Shown here piece after piece: positions 55,240 to 64,000 of a stretch of DNA of 64,000 bases. A program made the position numbers and the translations under genes. The stretch is from contig JBFWOZ010000002.1 in assembly GCA_050250255.1 (NCBI GenBank), forward strand, positions 64,001-128,000, given 5' to 3'. The notes beneath the pieces were generated by a model, which worked only from the letters and a program-made list of their open reading frames with translations, was not told the DNA's origin and did no database searches. Positions within the stretch are counted from its first letter, which is position 1, and every line of letters starts with the position of its first letter. The stretch comes from Bdellovibrionales bacterium (GTDB lineage: Bacteria; Bdellovibrionota; Bdellovibrionia; Bdellovibrionales; DASUEL01).

Positions 55240-56553
55240 TTATTGCCCTTGCTGCTTGAGCTTTTCTATTTGCTCGAAAAGTGTTCCCATTTGAGCGTGG
55301 GCTGAGGCTTTCACGAGAAAAATGTTCGATGTTAAAGAGACAAAACCTGTTGGTCCAGACCACACCGCAAGAAAAGATCGTAAGATGTTTAGGCTTTCGG
55401 CCACATTGACACTCGGATCTTTGACAGCGAGTAACGCGGCTCTAGCTCGTTTAAAACTATCGGCCTGAGTGATCCAAAGTTGGTTCAATGTGTTCAGCTG
55501 AACAAAAGCTTTTTGAACGGAGGCGGTGGTTTCTCGACGAGCGGTTGCTTCTGAAAACTGCGCGGACTGTAAAACGCTCAGCTTCGATTGATGGACGGGA
55601 ATCTGTCCCGGCGATAAACTCCAAGAGAGCGTTACGGAGGTTTGGTTCGTAAGCACGTCAGGAATTCCATCAAAAGCATTTTTAGTATCGATACGACCTC
55701 GCCCAATCGTAAGGTTTGGAAGCCAAGGCGTGATGCGAGAGGCATTGAGATCGACCTTTGCATTGTCGCGCATGAAGCTTGCGGCGAGAACTTGGGGGTT
55801 TTTCATCATTGCGATATCGAGAGCCTCTTTCACCGTAGGGAGAGGAAACACGGAATCCAAGGTCTTCTTTAGTTTTTCAATGTCATCATCATCGCCTTCA
55901 GACGAGCCTGGCGTGGTGGGCGGGAGAAGGATGGGATCTTTACCAACGACCTTTACATAATCAATACGCCCAAGCTCCGTCGCTTGGATCGTCTGATTTA
56001 AAATATTGTTCATGTCGTTTCGTGCGATGAGTACTTGTTGGTAGTCAGCCTCTTTTGTTGGCGATTGTCCTGCCTTCACCTTTACCGCGAGCTTATCAAG
56101 CTCTTGCAAAAAGTTTTTGTAACTTTGTATTGCGCCTTCTTGGTTATAAAAATCCAACCAGATGCGAATCAGTTCCAGTGTGATGGCTTGTTTGAGGGCG
56201 ATGAGACCATTTTTTTGAGCTTGGATGCTGGAACCAAGTCCCTTAAAGGCAAAAATTGCGGCGGGAGCAATGGTAAACCCTACTTGGCCAAGCGAATTGA
56301 GCGCTCCTCCGTCAACCTCCAGACCCTGCGATTGAATGCGACCAAAAGCTTGTGTGCGTGAATAGGTAACGGATGCCAAATTGAGAAGCACGCCAACCCT
56401 GATAGCTTTTAAACCTTTGAGCTGAGCCTCTGCAGCTTCGATAGAGGGGTTGGTTCGCATCGCCTCTTCGATGGCTTCTGTGATCTTTGGCACTTGGGCG
56501 AAAGAATGTGAGGAAAAAACGAGGGTGGAAAAAAGAACAAAAGCATAATTCAT
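55240..56553 (-). CDS. Divergent TolC/outer-membrane efflux family protein
   Basis: Signal peptide; duplicated A...NP...AA helices and WLPNL strand. Confidence 0.7.
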   Translation of the reverse strand: MNYAFVLFSTLVFSSHSFAQVPKITEAIEEAMRTNPSIEAAEAQLKGLKAIRVGVLLNLASVTYSRTQAFGRIQSQGLEVDGGALNSLGQVGFTIAPAAIFAFKGLGSSIQAQKNGLIALKQAITLELIRIWLDFYNQEGAIQSYKNFLQELDKLAVKVKAGQSPTKEADYQQVLIARNDMNNILNQTIQATELGRIDYVKVVGKDPILLPPTTPGSSEGDDDDIEKLKKTLDSVFPLPTVKEALDIAMMKNPQVLAASFMRDNAKVDLNASRITPWLPNLTIGRGRIDTKNAFDGIPDVLTNQTSVTLSWSLSPGQIPVHQSKLSVLQSAQFSEATARRETTASVQKAFVQLNTLNQLWITQADSFKRARAALLAVKDPSVNVAESLNILRSFLAVWSGPTGFVSLTSNIFLVKASAHAQMGTLFEQIEKLKQQGQ

Positions 56554-56583
56554 AATTGAGCTCTCCCGGGATTTCCGTCAGAG

Positions 56584-56599
56584 AGCAAAAGATGTGCCC
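56584..56599 (-). promoter_or_regulatory. Putative sigma54 promoter for the TolC-like gene
   Basis: GGGCAC-N5-TTGCT (GG-N10-GC), 30 nt before the ATG. Confidence 0.6.
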
Positions 56600-56714
56600 G
56601 CTTCGCAAGGACTACGATGTTTGATTGTTGTTTAAAGGTGTTTACAGGCTTGCCGCTCGCTATAAATTTTATGTGGAGCGCCCACCTCTCATGTTCGAAA
56701 AAATCAACAGCCGT

Positions 56715-57194
56715 CTATTTCCGAGTCGATGGTTTTTTTAGAGTAGCGGTGGGTGCAGGTCGCGCCGTTGGTAATTCTGCGTCTGTCCACTTGCTGGTTG
56801 TTTCACCAACAGCCCACTCTGATGTTACGGGACGGTCGTAGACCGCCTGATGGGGACCACAGTGTTGGCCAGCGTAATCAAAAAAGTAGAGCGTGTTCCC
56901 GCTTTTATAAGCAATTTTATCCATTGAAGTTTGTCCGTTGTTCAGCACAGCGAGGCCCCAATTTTTATCGGTTGCTCTCAAGATGGTTACCAAGTCTACA
57001 AACACGGGATTAGGGGGATAGACTTTTTTTTCACAGTTTTCGTCAAGGTAGGCTTTCATTGCAACCTGCTGAGCCTTTGTAAGACTTTGCGGTGTTGGTG
57101 CTTGTGCCGATACCTCTTGTGACAGACAGAAGCTTGTTAGAAAAAGAGTCGCAACAACAGTCTTTAATAAAAATACAGAATTATACATAAGCAC
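56715..57194 (-). CDS. Secreted hypothetical protein
   Basis: GAAGAG RBS before GTG; signal peptide; Cys pair; P/T-rich tail. Confidence 0.7.
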   Translation of the reverse strand: MLMYNSVFLLKTVVATLFLTSFCLSQEVSAQAPTPQSLTKAQQVAMKAYLDENCEKKVYPPNPVFVDLVTILRATDKNWGLAVLNNGQTSMDKIAYKSGNTLYFFDYAGQHCGPHQAVYDRPVTSEWAVGETTSKWTDAELPTARPAPTATLKKPSTRK

Positions 57195-57372
57195 CTCTTC
57201 CGAACAGTCTGCCTACTTAATGGTTTCGTCGCAATAGCGTAGCGGCGCTCCCGACCTTCGGACTTAACGCATCGTCGCTACCAAAAGGAGCGGCGCACCT
57301 TTTGTGAAAGGGCTGGATCAAGGTCCAAATTCTTTGGTCTAGGAGGAAATCTTTTTTCATTCTATTCACCGG

Positions 57373-57606
57373 TTGGTCCAATGGGAGGATCTAATAAACA
57401 CGACCATGGAGGGTGCGGTGGAGAAAGTTTTAGAGCAAATTGCGGAGGCCACAGGATTACCATCACACCTGGTGATGGGAGAGCTTAAAGGAATGATCGA
57501 AAAAGCTGGGCTTGATGCGCAAACAATGAGTATGGATGATCTCCGAAACATTCTCGCTGAGTATCTTCAGAATGTGATTTTAAATGCGCGTGAGGAATTC
57601 AGGTAA
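57373..57606 (+). CDS. Small helical hypothetical protein
   Basis: Protein-like amphipathic ORF (ATGLP...DDLRNILAEYLQ); start probably 57406 or 57418. Confidence 0.7.
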   Translation: MVQWEDLINTTMEGAVEKVLEQIAEATGLPSHLVMGELKGMIEKAGLDAQTMSMDDLRNILAEYLQNVILNAREEFR

Positions 57607-57718
57607 GTTAATTCAGGGATCCATGTATTCCAGTTAACGAGAATACTTGGATCCAGGTATTAGAGAAATTGGCGGGCCTAATTCATAGGTGCCGTACTTA
57701 GACGACCCGCCTGGTGCA

Positions 57719-58021
57719 CTAATTCAGACTCTTGGCTTGAATCTTATAAACGTGCATTTTCTTTTTCAATGTATTTCTGTTAATTCCGAGCAGTTGCGCT
57801 GTTTTCACCTGATTTCCACGAAAAGCTTTGAGCGCAAGCTCGATCAAGGGACGTTCTACCTGCTCCATAACAATGTTATAAAGCCCGTTCATATCGGAAT
57901 CTTTCAAATCTTGTTGGCTAAAAAGCACTTCAAGCTTTGAGCGGACCAACTTTTCTAAGCTGACCGACTGTAAATTCGCAACGAAAAGATTCTTCGTTAA
58001 ACTTGTCTGCGTATTGGACAT
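57719..58021 (-). CDS. fis: Fis-like helix-turn-helix protein
   Basis: LYNIVMEQVERPLI...GNQVKTAQLLGINRNTLKKK; start reassigned to ATG 58021. Confidence 0.85.
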   Translation of the reverse strand: MSNTQTSLTKNLFVANLQSVSLEKLVRSKLEVLFSQQDLKDSDMNGLYNIVMEQVERPLIELALKAFRGNQVKTAQLLGINRNTLKKKMHVYKIQAKSLN

Positions 58022-58025
58022 GAAA

Positions 58026-58664
58026 TCAAACACCCCGTGTGATGTCTGACCAGATATACTTATGAAGCTGTAATTGCAACCTTGCAGTGGATTTTGCCGC
58101 AAGAATTTTTTCGGCAAGCCATTTTTCCGAGATTTTTTTAAAACTCGGGCTATAAAAAACGACATGTTTGCTTGACAAGGCATGTGCCTTGACAAAGCGC
58201 TCGGTCCATTCGAAATCCTGCTCGGAACAGATAACGAATTTAAATTCATCGTTTGGTGTACAAAATTTTAAATTCTCCATTAAAAAACTATCGGCTTCAC
58301 CACTGTTGGGAGTTTTTACGTCCACAATTTTCTTCACGCGCACGTCCACGAGTTCGCAACTTAAAGAACCTGAGGTTTCAAGCGACACCAAATATTCGCG
58401 ATCGCAAAGCTGCTTCATGAGTTCGAAGATTTCTTTTTGAAGAAGCGGTTCGCCTCCCGTAATGCAGATATGCTTTACGGAAAAATTGGAAACCTTCGTA
58501 AGAACATCGTCTAGGGAGAGTTTTTGACCTTCGTAAAAGGCGTAGGCTGTATCGCAATAGGTACAGCGGAGATGGCACCCAGACGTTCGTACAAACACGG
58601 TGGGCCAACCGACGTAAGACGACTCTCCTTGAATGCTTTGATAGATTTCATTGATCTTCATCAT
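58026..58664 (-). CDS. queE: 7-carboxy-7-deazaguanine synthase (radical SAM)
   Basis: SIQGE, CHLRCTYCDT, TGGEP, QLHK. Confidence 0.92.
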   Translation of the reverse strand: MMKINEIYQSIQGESSYVGWPTVFVRTSGCHLRCTYCDTAYAFYEGQKLSLDDVLTKVSNFSVKHICITGGEPLLQKEIFELMKQLCDREYLVSLETSGSLSCELVDVRVKKIVDVKTPNSGEADSFLMENLKFCTPNDEFKFVICSEQDFEWTERFVKAHALSSKHVVFYSPSFKKISEKWLAEKILAAKSTARLQLQLHKYIWSDITRGV

Positions 58665-58674
58665 AATTAGATTC

Positions 58675-58739
58675 GGTCAAAGACATTGAGCTTTGCTTCC
58701 GTCTGGTCAAGGCCTATGAGGCTTTGCTTCCAAAGTCAA
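58675..58739. repeat. Imperfect ~30-bp tandem repeat in the queE/ftsK spacer
   Basis: GGTCAA-N6-TGAG(G)CTTTGCTTCC twice, plus a third GTCAA. Confidence 0.7.
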
Positions 58740-58762
58740 ATGCACTTCTATAGACTGAAATC

Positions 58763-61168
58763 ATGTCATCAACTTTGAAGAAGTTTCGCAGAGATTTCAG
58801 CATCATATCGTGGATAGGATTCGGCTCTTTTTTGGCCCTTTCCCTATTAAGTTATAACCCACAAGACCCGTCTTTTAGCTCTACCGGCACAGGTCGCAGC
58901 GTCGTCAATCTCTGCGGATATGTGGGAAGCTTTCTTTCTGACATTTTTTATCAAGGGTTTGGTGTGGCCTCTTGGTTTTTTGTCGGCTTTATTTTTTATT
59001 GGGGAATTAAAAACCTTCTCCGTCAGGATAAGCCCGCAACCTCTAATATCGTTTGGGCTTTTTTGCTGATGATTGCCGTTACGGGATTGATTCATCTTTT
59101 CATCCCCGACACGCGTATATTTCAAGGACACGTCCTCTTGAGTGGAAGCATTGGTTTAGGCCTAGCAAAAACTCTTATGGGAGTTCTTAATAAGGCCGGC
59201 GCGGCCGTGATTTTACTGAGCTTTACATTTATGGGATTCGTGGCTCTTTTGGAGGTCACAATCGATCAGTTCATCGAATCACTTACTAAAAAACTTTCAA
59301 GCCCTTTCCATGCGGGCCTCGGGAAGCTAGGCGCAGGAGTTATGGCCCTTTCCCAGAGTTGGTGGGACAGCCTCTTTGAGCTTGGAAAAAAGAAAAAAGT
59401 TTTAGCGGCAGCCAAAGCGGTTCCGACTGAGATGGAGGTTTCTGCGAAATCGGCCAGTCACCGTTTTCTCATTCAAAAAAATGAAATTGAGCCCGTAGAT
59501 TTTGAAGAACCAGGGATTCATGTTAGCGAAGAGGATGAGGAAGAAGAAGGGGTCACAGAGGCTGCGGCGCCAAGAAAGGCATCGCGTGAAACTAGAAGTG
59601 TTCTCGATGTAGAAATCGCGCCGATGCAAACGGCGAAACGTGCAGCGGTGAAGATTCAGCGGCATATTGAAAATTGGATGTTGCCAAAACTTTCTCTGCT
59701 CGTAGATCCACCGGTATCACGTGTGAAAGTGGATGAAAAAGAAATCCGCAATACGAGCCACATGCTCGAAGATAAGCTCGCCCAATTTTCGGTGAATGGA
59801 AGTGTTGTCGCCGTGAAGCCAGGGCCTGCCGTCACAATGTTTGAATTTAAACCCAATGCGGATGTGAAAATCTCAAAGATCACTGAGCTTGCAGATGACT
59901 TGGCATTGGCTCTGAGCAGTGAATCTATCCGAATTATCGCGCCAGTTCCGGGGCGTGATGTGGTGGGAATCGAAACTTCCAACGCACAAAGAGAAAAAGT
60001 ATTTTTAAAAGACATTCTTTCTGATGGTCACTTTTGGGATGATAAGGTCAAGCTTCCGATCGTGCTTGGAAAACAGGCCAACGGCGCTTCGCGAGTCGTC
60101 GACCTTCGCAAAATGCCACACTTACTTGTTGCTGGTACAACGGGTTCGGGAAAATCAGTGTTTGTTGTTTCCGTCTTAACGGGCCTCCTCTTTCGTCATT
60201 CGCCAAAAACACTGCGCTTAATTCTCGTCGATCCAAAGCAGGTGGATCTCGCCGCTTTCCAAAATCTCCCGCACTTGCTTCTCCCGCCTGTTCGTGACCC
60301 GCGCAAGGCCGTGAGCGCGCTAAAGTGGGCCATTAGTGAAATGGAAAAACGTTACCGATCGATGTCAAAGTTTGGAGCGCGCGGCCTTGAAGAATTTAAT
60401 CAGGTCACGAGCAATCTTTCACGCACTCAAGTGGAAGAATTTGAAAAAGAAAATACAGATCTCGAGGGCGCGTCTAAGCAAAGATCTTATTACTTCACAC
60501 CACAGCCATACATTGTGATTGTTGTGGAAGAGTTCGGCGATCTCATGTCGGTGGATAAGGTGAATGTAGAGCACAACGTTGTGCGACTTGCACAGATGGC
60601 TCGCGCTTGTGGGATTCATCTTATTCTAGCGATGCAGAGTCCGCGAAGAGATGTCATTACAGGCCTTATTAAAACAAACATACCTGGGCGCATCAGTTTC
60701 AAAGTGGCAAGCAAAATGGATTCACGAATCATTCTTGATGAATCCGGCGCCGAACGACTTCTCGCAAATGGGGATATGCTCTTTTTAGCCCCTGGGGTCG
60801 CAAAGCCCGAGCGGCATCATGGAGCGTGGCTCTCGGAAGAAGAAATTAATCAAGTCGCGGCTTTTTGGTCGGATCAGTCAGAGCCAAACTTTGATGATAA
60901 TGCCGTCCGTGCCGTTGAAAGTTTTGGTGATGAATCTGGTGGAGACATGATGGACGGGGAACTCAATCCTGACGCTGAAGAACGTTATGATGAGATTCTT
61001 GATTATGTCAGTTCACAAAGAGAAGTGAGCGCGTCTCTTCTTCAGAGAAAATTTCGTTTGGGTTACCCGCGGGCGGCCCGAATGATTGAAATTTTCGAAA
61101 AAGAAGGTGTTGTGGGGCCTGCGAATGGTAGCAAGCCGCGACAAGTTCTTATTAACAAAGCCCCTTAG
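58763..61168 (+). CDS. ftsK: DNA translocase FtsK
   Basis: N-terminal TMs, PHLLVAGTTGSGKS, VDPK, gamma domain SASLLQRKFRLGYPRAAR. Confidence 0.97.
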   Translation: MSSTLKKFRRDFSIISWIGFGSFLALSLLSYNPQDPSFSSTGTGRSVVNLCGYVGSFLSDIFYQGFGVASWFFVGFIFYWGIKNLLRQDKPATSNIVWAFLLMIAVTGLIHLFIPDTRIFQGHVLLSGSIGLGLAKTLMGVLNKAGAAVILLSFTFMGFVALLEVTIDQFIESLTKKLSSPFHAGLGKLGAGVMALSQSWWDSLFELGKKKKVLAAAKAVPTEMEVSAKSASHRFLIQKNEIEPVDFEEPGIHVSEEDEEEEGVTEAAAPRKASRETRSVLDVEIAPMQTAKRAAVKIQRHIENWMLPKLSLLVDPPVSRVKVDEKEIRNTSHMLEDKLAQFSVNGSVVAVKPGPAVTMFEFKPNADVKISKITELADDLALALSSESIRIIAPVPGRDVVGIETSNAQREKVFLKDILSDGHFWDDKVKLPIVLGKQANGASRVVDLRKMPHLLVAGTTGSGKSVFVVSVLTGLLFRHSPKTLRLILVDPKQVDLAAFQNLPHLLLPPVRDPRKAVSALKWAISEMEKRYRSMSKFGARGLEEFNQVTSNLSRTQVEEFEKENTDLEGASKQRSYYFTPQPYIVIVVEEFGDLMSVDKVNVEHNVVRLAQMARACGIHLILAMQSPRRDVITGLIKTNIPGRISFKVASKMDSRIILDESGAERLLANGDMLFLAPGVAKPERHHGAWLSEEEINQVAAFWSDQSEPNFDDNAVRAVESFGDESGGDMMDGELNPDAEERYDEILDYVSSQREVSASLLQRKFRLGYPRAARMIEIFEKEGVVGPANGSKPRQVLINKAP

Positions 61169-61187
61169 GTCATGCTAGTGTGAATCC

Positions 61188-62042
61188 ATGAAAAAAGTCG
61201 TCCTCTTGGCGATCATGGTAGGATTTTTTTTGAGCGCAGTGGCCCCTGCGGCGACTCAAGAAACCTACAGAGATATTATCGATAAAGCCAAGAACCTCAG
61301 CTTACAAAAAGATCGTTTGCAGGCGACAAAAACCCTCATTCGAGCCGCCCAAAAAGAAAAAGGCGTAGCACGCAAAGAGCTCATCCAAACTTTGCAGGAA
61401 CTTTCCGAGATATTTTATACCGAAAAGGGCCAACAGCTCTTTGAATTGGGGCAATCTTTAAAGTACGGAGCGACTCCCGACGCCATTGAGAGATTTCAAG
61501 ATTCTTTGGCGCTTGAGCCAAGCAATGTTCAGGTATTAAAAGCACTTGCGAGGGCCCATCTTTCTCAGAACACTTGCGAAAAACTTCCCGAGCTTGTGCA
61601 GCAGTTAACAGAAAGTAATCCCTTTGAAGAAGAACATGTCCTCCTGAGGCTTCAATCCGCACAATGTCTGGCGCAAAAAGAGGTGGCCAAACAAATTATC
61701 GACGGAAACGAGATTCGGCGCTCTGATCTTAAAATGTACGTTGATCTTTTGCGTGCGCAGATGCTCGCGGCTGATGAAAAGCTCAACCAGGCGGAACAGC
61801 TGCTAGAAAAGCTTCTTTTGGTAGATAAAAAATTTCCCGAGACAACATACTGGCTCTACCAAGTGAAGAGGCTTCAGAAAAAAGAATTTACTGAGTTGGG
61901 CCGAGCTTACCTTAATCTTTGTAAGAACATCAGCCAGCCGACTAGGAATAAGTATCGGTTCGAGCCCCGCATCTGTAATGAACAGAAAAAGGTCGAAGCT
62001 GATTTTGAAGAGTTAAAAAATAAAACAGGAGTGGGTGTGTAA
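61188..62042 (+). CDS. Secreted TPR-like protein
   Basis: Signal peptide, TPR-like helices. Confidence 0.8.
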   Translation: MKKVVLLAIMVGFFLSAVAPAATQETYRDIIDKAKNLSLQKDRLQATKTLIRAAQKEKGVARKELIQTLQELSEIFYTEKGQQLFELGQSLKYGATPDAIERFQDSLALEPSNVQVLKALARAHLSQNTCEKLPELVQQLTESNPFEEEHVLLRLQSAQCLAQKEVAKQIIDGNEIRRSDLKMYVDLLRAQMLAADEKLNQAEQLLEKLLLVDKKFPETTYWLYQVKRLQKKEFTELGRAYLNLCKNISQPTRNKYRFEPRICNEQKKVEADFEELKNKTGVGV

Positions 62043-62272
62043 TGAATGTTGTTAAATCTTTGCTCGGTCTTGTTTTGATTTTTGTATGTGTGCAATGTGG
62101 CGTGAGGGGTGACCCCATTCCGCCAGGAAAAGCTCCTGAGCTCGGAAGAGGAAAGCCGAACTATAAGAGAGCGACGGAGCCCTTGGCATTCCCCGTGATT
62201 CCGCCAATTAGTGAAGAAAACCAAGAAGAAGATTCAGAAAAGAGTGAGAGTGGCGCTGAATCCGAATACTAA
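62042..62272 (+). CDS. Small lipoprotein, LptM/YifL/LppL-like
   Basis: CGVRGDPIPP after the signal peptide, acidic disordered tail, directly upstream of dapF. Confidence 0.65.
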   Translation: MNVVKSLLGLVLIFVCVQCGVRGDPIPPGKAPELGRGKPNYKRATEPLAFPVIPPISEENQEEDSEKSESGAESEY

Positions 62273-63098
62273 GCTCGAAATTTTTAAACTGGTAGGAACG
62301 GGCAACGACTTTGTCTTTGTTGACCTGCGCTCGTCCCAACAGAAAAAATCCTGGAAGACCCTTTTGCAAAAAAAGAATCGTTCTAAGTTTGCGCAAGAGA
62401 TTTGTCGTCGTCAAACGGGCGTGGGGTCAGATGGACTTGTGATTTTAGAGCCGCATCCGACCTATGATTTTAAATGGGACTTTTATAATTCCGATGGGTC
62501 CCTTGCGGAGATGTGTGGCAATGCCGCCCGCTGCGCCGTTTACCTTTTGAATAAAAAAGAATGTTCGTTTTTAACAAAAGCCGGAGTAGTGAAGGGGAAA
62601 ATCCTGTCGGCGCTTGATCAATTGGTTCAAGTGGAGCTCGCTCGTCCCGAAATGAAAAAGGAATCGATGAAAATTTCTGTTGATGGAAAAAACATCGAAG
62701 GGGATTTTATCAACTCTGGCGTTCCCCACTTTGTGATCCATACAAAATGGGAATTTGAACGACTTCCCGATCGAATGCTCTCTTTAAAAATTCAAAATCA
62801 CCGAGCTTTCGGCGCGCAGCACACCAATGTTACATATGTCTGCCCCAGAGATCGTTCTCAAAAAAAATATCGTACGATCACCTTTGAGAGAGGCGTTTGC
62901 GACTTTACTCAGTCTTGCGGTACTGGAGCCTTGGCGGCGGGGTTTTCTGTTTCAAAAAACAAGTCGAACAAAAAAGTATCGCTCAAAACTCCGGGCGGTG
63001 AACTTGAAGTTGAATTTTATCAAGATCGAAATGTGTGCCACTTGCGTGGCCCTGTCCAAAAAACCTTCGCGGGCCACCTGGACATAGGAAGGAAATAA
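62211..63098 (+). CDS. dapF: Diaminopimelate epimerase
   Basis: GNDF, EMCGNA, G.PH, ERG, CGTG; start uncertain (possibly GTG 62250). Confidence 0.95.
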   Translation: MKKTKKKIQKRVRVALNPNTKLEIFKLVGTGNDFVFVDLRSSQQKKSWKTLLQKKNRSKFAQEICRRQTGVGSDGLVILEPHPTYDFKWDFYNSDGSLAEMCGNAARCAVYLLNKKECSFLTKAGVVKGKILSALDQLVQVELARPEMKKESMKISVDGKNIEGDFINSGVPHFVIHTKWEFERLPDRMLSLKIQNHRAFGAQHTNVTYVCPRDRSQKKYRTITFERGVCDFTQSCGTGALAAGFSVSKNKSNKKVSLKTPGGELEVEFYQDRNVCHLRGPVQKTFAGHLDIGRK

Positions 63099-63977
63099 AT
63101 GAGCCAATTTGAACAGACATGGACTGCTCTGATTACCCCCTTCCACAATCAACAAGTTGATTTTGATTCGCTTCGAAAGTTAGTGAAGTTTCAACTTGAT
63201 GGCGGCGTCAGCGGTTTTGTGATTAGCGGTACGACGGGAGAAAGTCCTACTCTCAACACCGAAGAGAAGAAAAAGATTTTTGATTTTGTAAAAAGTGAAG
63301 TGGCCGGCGCGGTCCCTCTCATCGTTGGAACGGGCACAAATTCCACCAGTGAAACGGTGGAGCTCTCGAAAAAAGCAACGAGCTGGGGAGCCGATGGAAT
63401 TCTCGTAGTAGTCCCCTATTACAATAAGCCACCACAGCGCGGGCTTGTTCAACATTACCAAGCCGTGTCTCAATCTACAAGGCTGCCGATTCTTCTCTAC
63501 AACGTGCCCGGCCGTACGGTTGCGGCTCTCGCTCTAGATTCGATTTACCAACTTTCAAAAGAAAAAAACATTGTGGGAATTAAAGAGGCGACGGGCGATG
63601 TCGCTTTTGGAAAACAAATTTTAGACAAATGCGGCTCCTCCTTTTTGCTTTCGAGCGGAGATGACGGAACGGCGATAGATTTAGCGCTTCAAGGTGCGCG
63701 TGGAGTGATTTCGGTTCTCTCCCATGTGATACCGAAAGAGTTTTCTGAGCTCTTTGAACGAGCAACAAAAAAAGACTCGACGGCCTCAGGCGATTTTAAA
63801 AAATATAAAGTTCTCACAGATAAACTTTTTTGCGAAGCCAACCCCATCCCTGTTAAGGCCGCGCTACAGATGATGGGAATCATTAAATCCGATGAATTGC
63901 GCCTGCCACTTTCGGCGATGAAAGAGGATTTGCGTAAAGAGCTTCAAAAAGAAATGAAAGCCTGCGGTCTTCTATGA
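63099..63977 (+). CDS. dapA: 4-hydroxy-tetrahydrodipicolinate synthase
   Basis: GTTGE, PYYNKP, YNVPGRT, IKEA. Confidence 0.97.
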   Translation: MSQFEQTWTALITPFHNQQVDFDSLRKLVKFQLDGGVSGFVISGTTGESPTLNTEEKKKIFDFVKSEVAGAVPLIVGTGTNSTSETVELSKKATSWGADGILVVVPYYNKPPQRGLVQHYQAVSQSTRLPILLYNVPGRTVAALALDSIYQLSKEKNIVGIKEATGDVAFGKQILDKCGSSFLLSSGDDGTAIDLALQGARGVISVLSHVIPKEFSELFERATKKDSTASGDFKKYKVLTDKLFCEANPIPVKAALQMMGIIKSDELRLPLSAMKEDLRKELQKEMKACGLL

Positions 63978-64000
63978 AAAAATTAAATGTATGTATTTCG
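63974..64000 (+). CDS. Start of next gene, probably dihydrodipicolinate reductase (truncated)
   Basis: ATGA overlap with dapA; MKKLNVCIS resembles a Rossmann first strand; only 9 codons visible. Confidence 0.45.

Noticed and set aside
57670..57718. ZTP riboswitch or true tRNA
   Set aside because: Lies between two gene 3' ends, lacks the ZTP P2 elements, and is far too short for a tRNA with no anticodon arm
57719..58249. 176-aa extended Fis as in the ORF track
   Set aside because: The extension overlaps queE; ATG 58021 gives a normal 100-aa protein
58026..58664. queE as part of a 7-deazaguanine DNA-modification (dpd) island
   Set aside because: No dpdA, queC, queD or folE nearby; core-genome context

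Overview
Chromosomal replication-origin region of a bacterium. Gene order, the split ATP synthase and protein style suggest Bdellovibrionota (inference). Most of the window is core genome: mfd, atpF'FHAGDC, bactofilin-parBA, rsmG-mnmG-mnmE-jag-yidC-yidD-rnpA-rpmH, dnaA-oriC-dnaN-recF-gyrB-gyrA, atpZ/I-B-E, uvrA, pmm, pdxA, three PPIases, etfAB, rpsF-rplI-dnaB, queE-fis, ftsK and dapF-dapA. Two parS sites and a readable oriC are present. The best candidate for an undescribed system is a sphingolipid locus at about 3.9-9.35 kb. Serine palmitoyltransferase, a GNAT ceramide-synthase-like gene and two possible lipid-carrier genes continue directly from atpC. Facing them is an SDR that closely resembles eukaryotic 3-ketodihydrosphingosine reductase rather than bacterial CerR. 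Other notable signals: an exact 16-bp direct repeat bracketing a 700-bp single-gene insert, a sigma28-type promoter abutting parS, a 12-bp inverted repeat in oriC, a UvrA lacking its insertion domain and an N-terminally extended DnaA. No rRNA, tRNA, CRISPR array, transposase or integrase was seen. All assignments come from motif recognition by eye; no searches were run.
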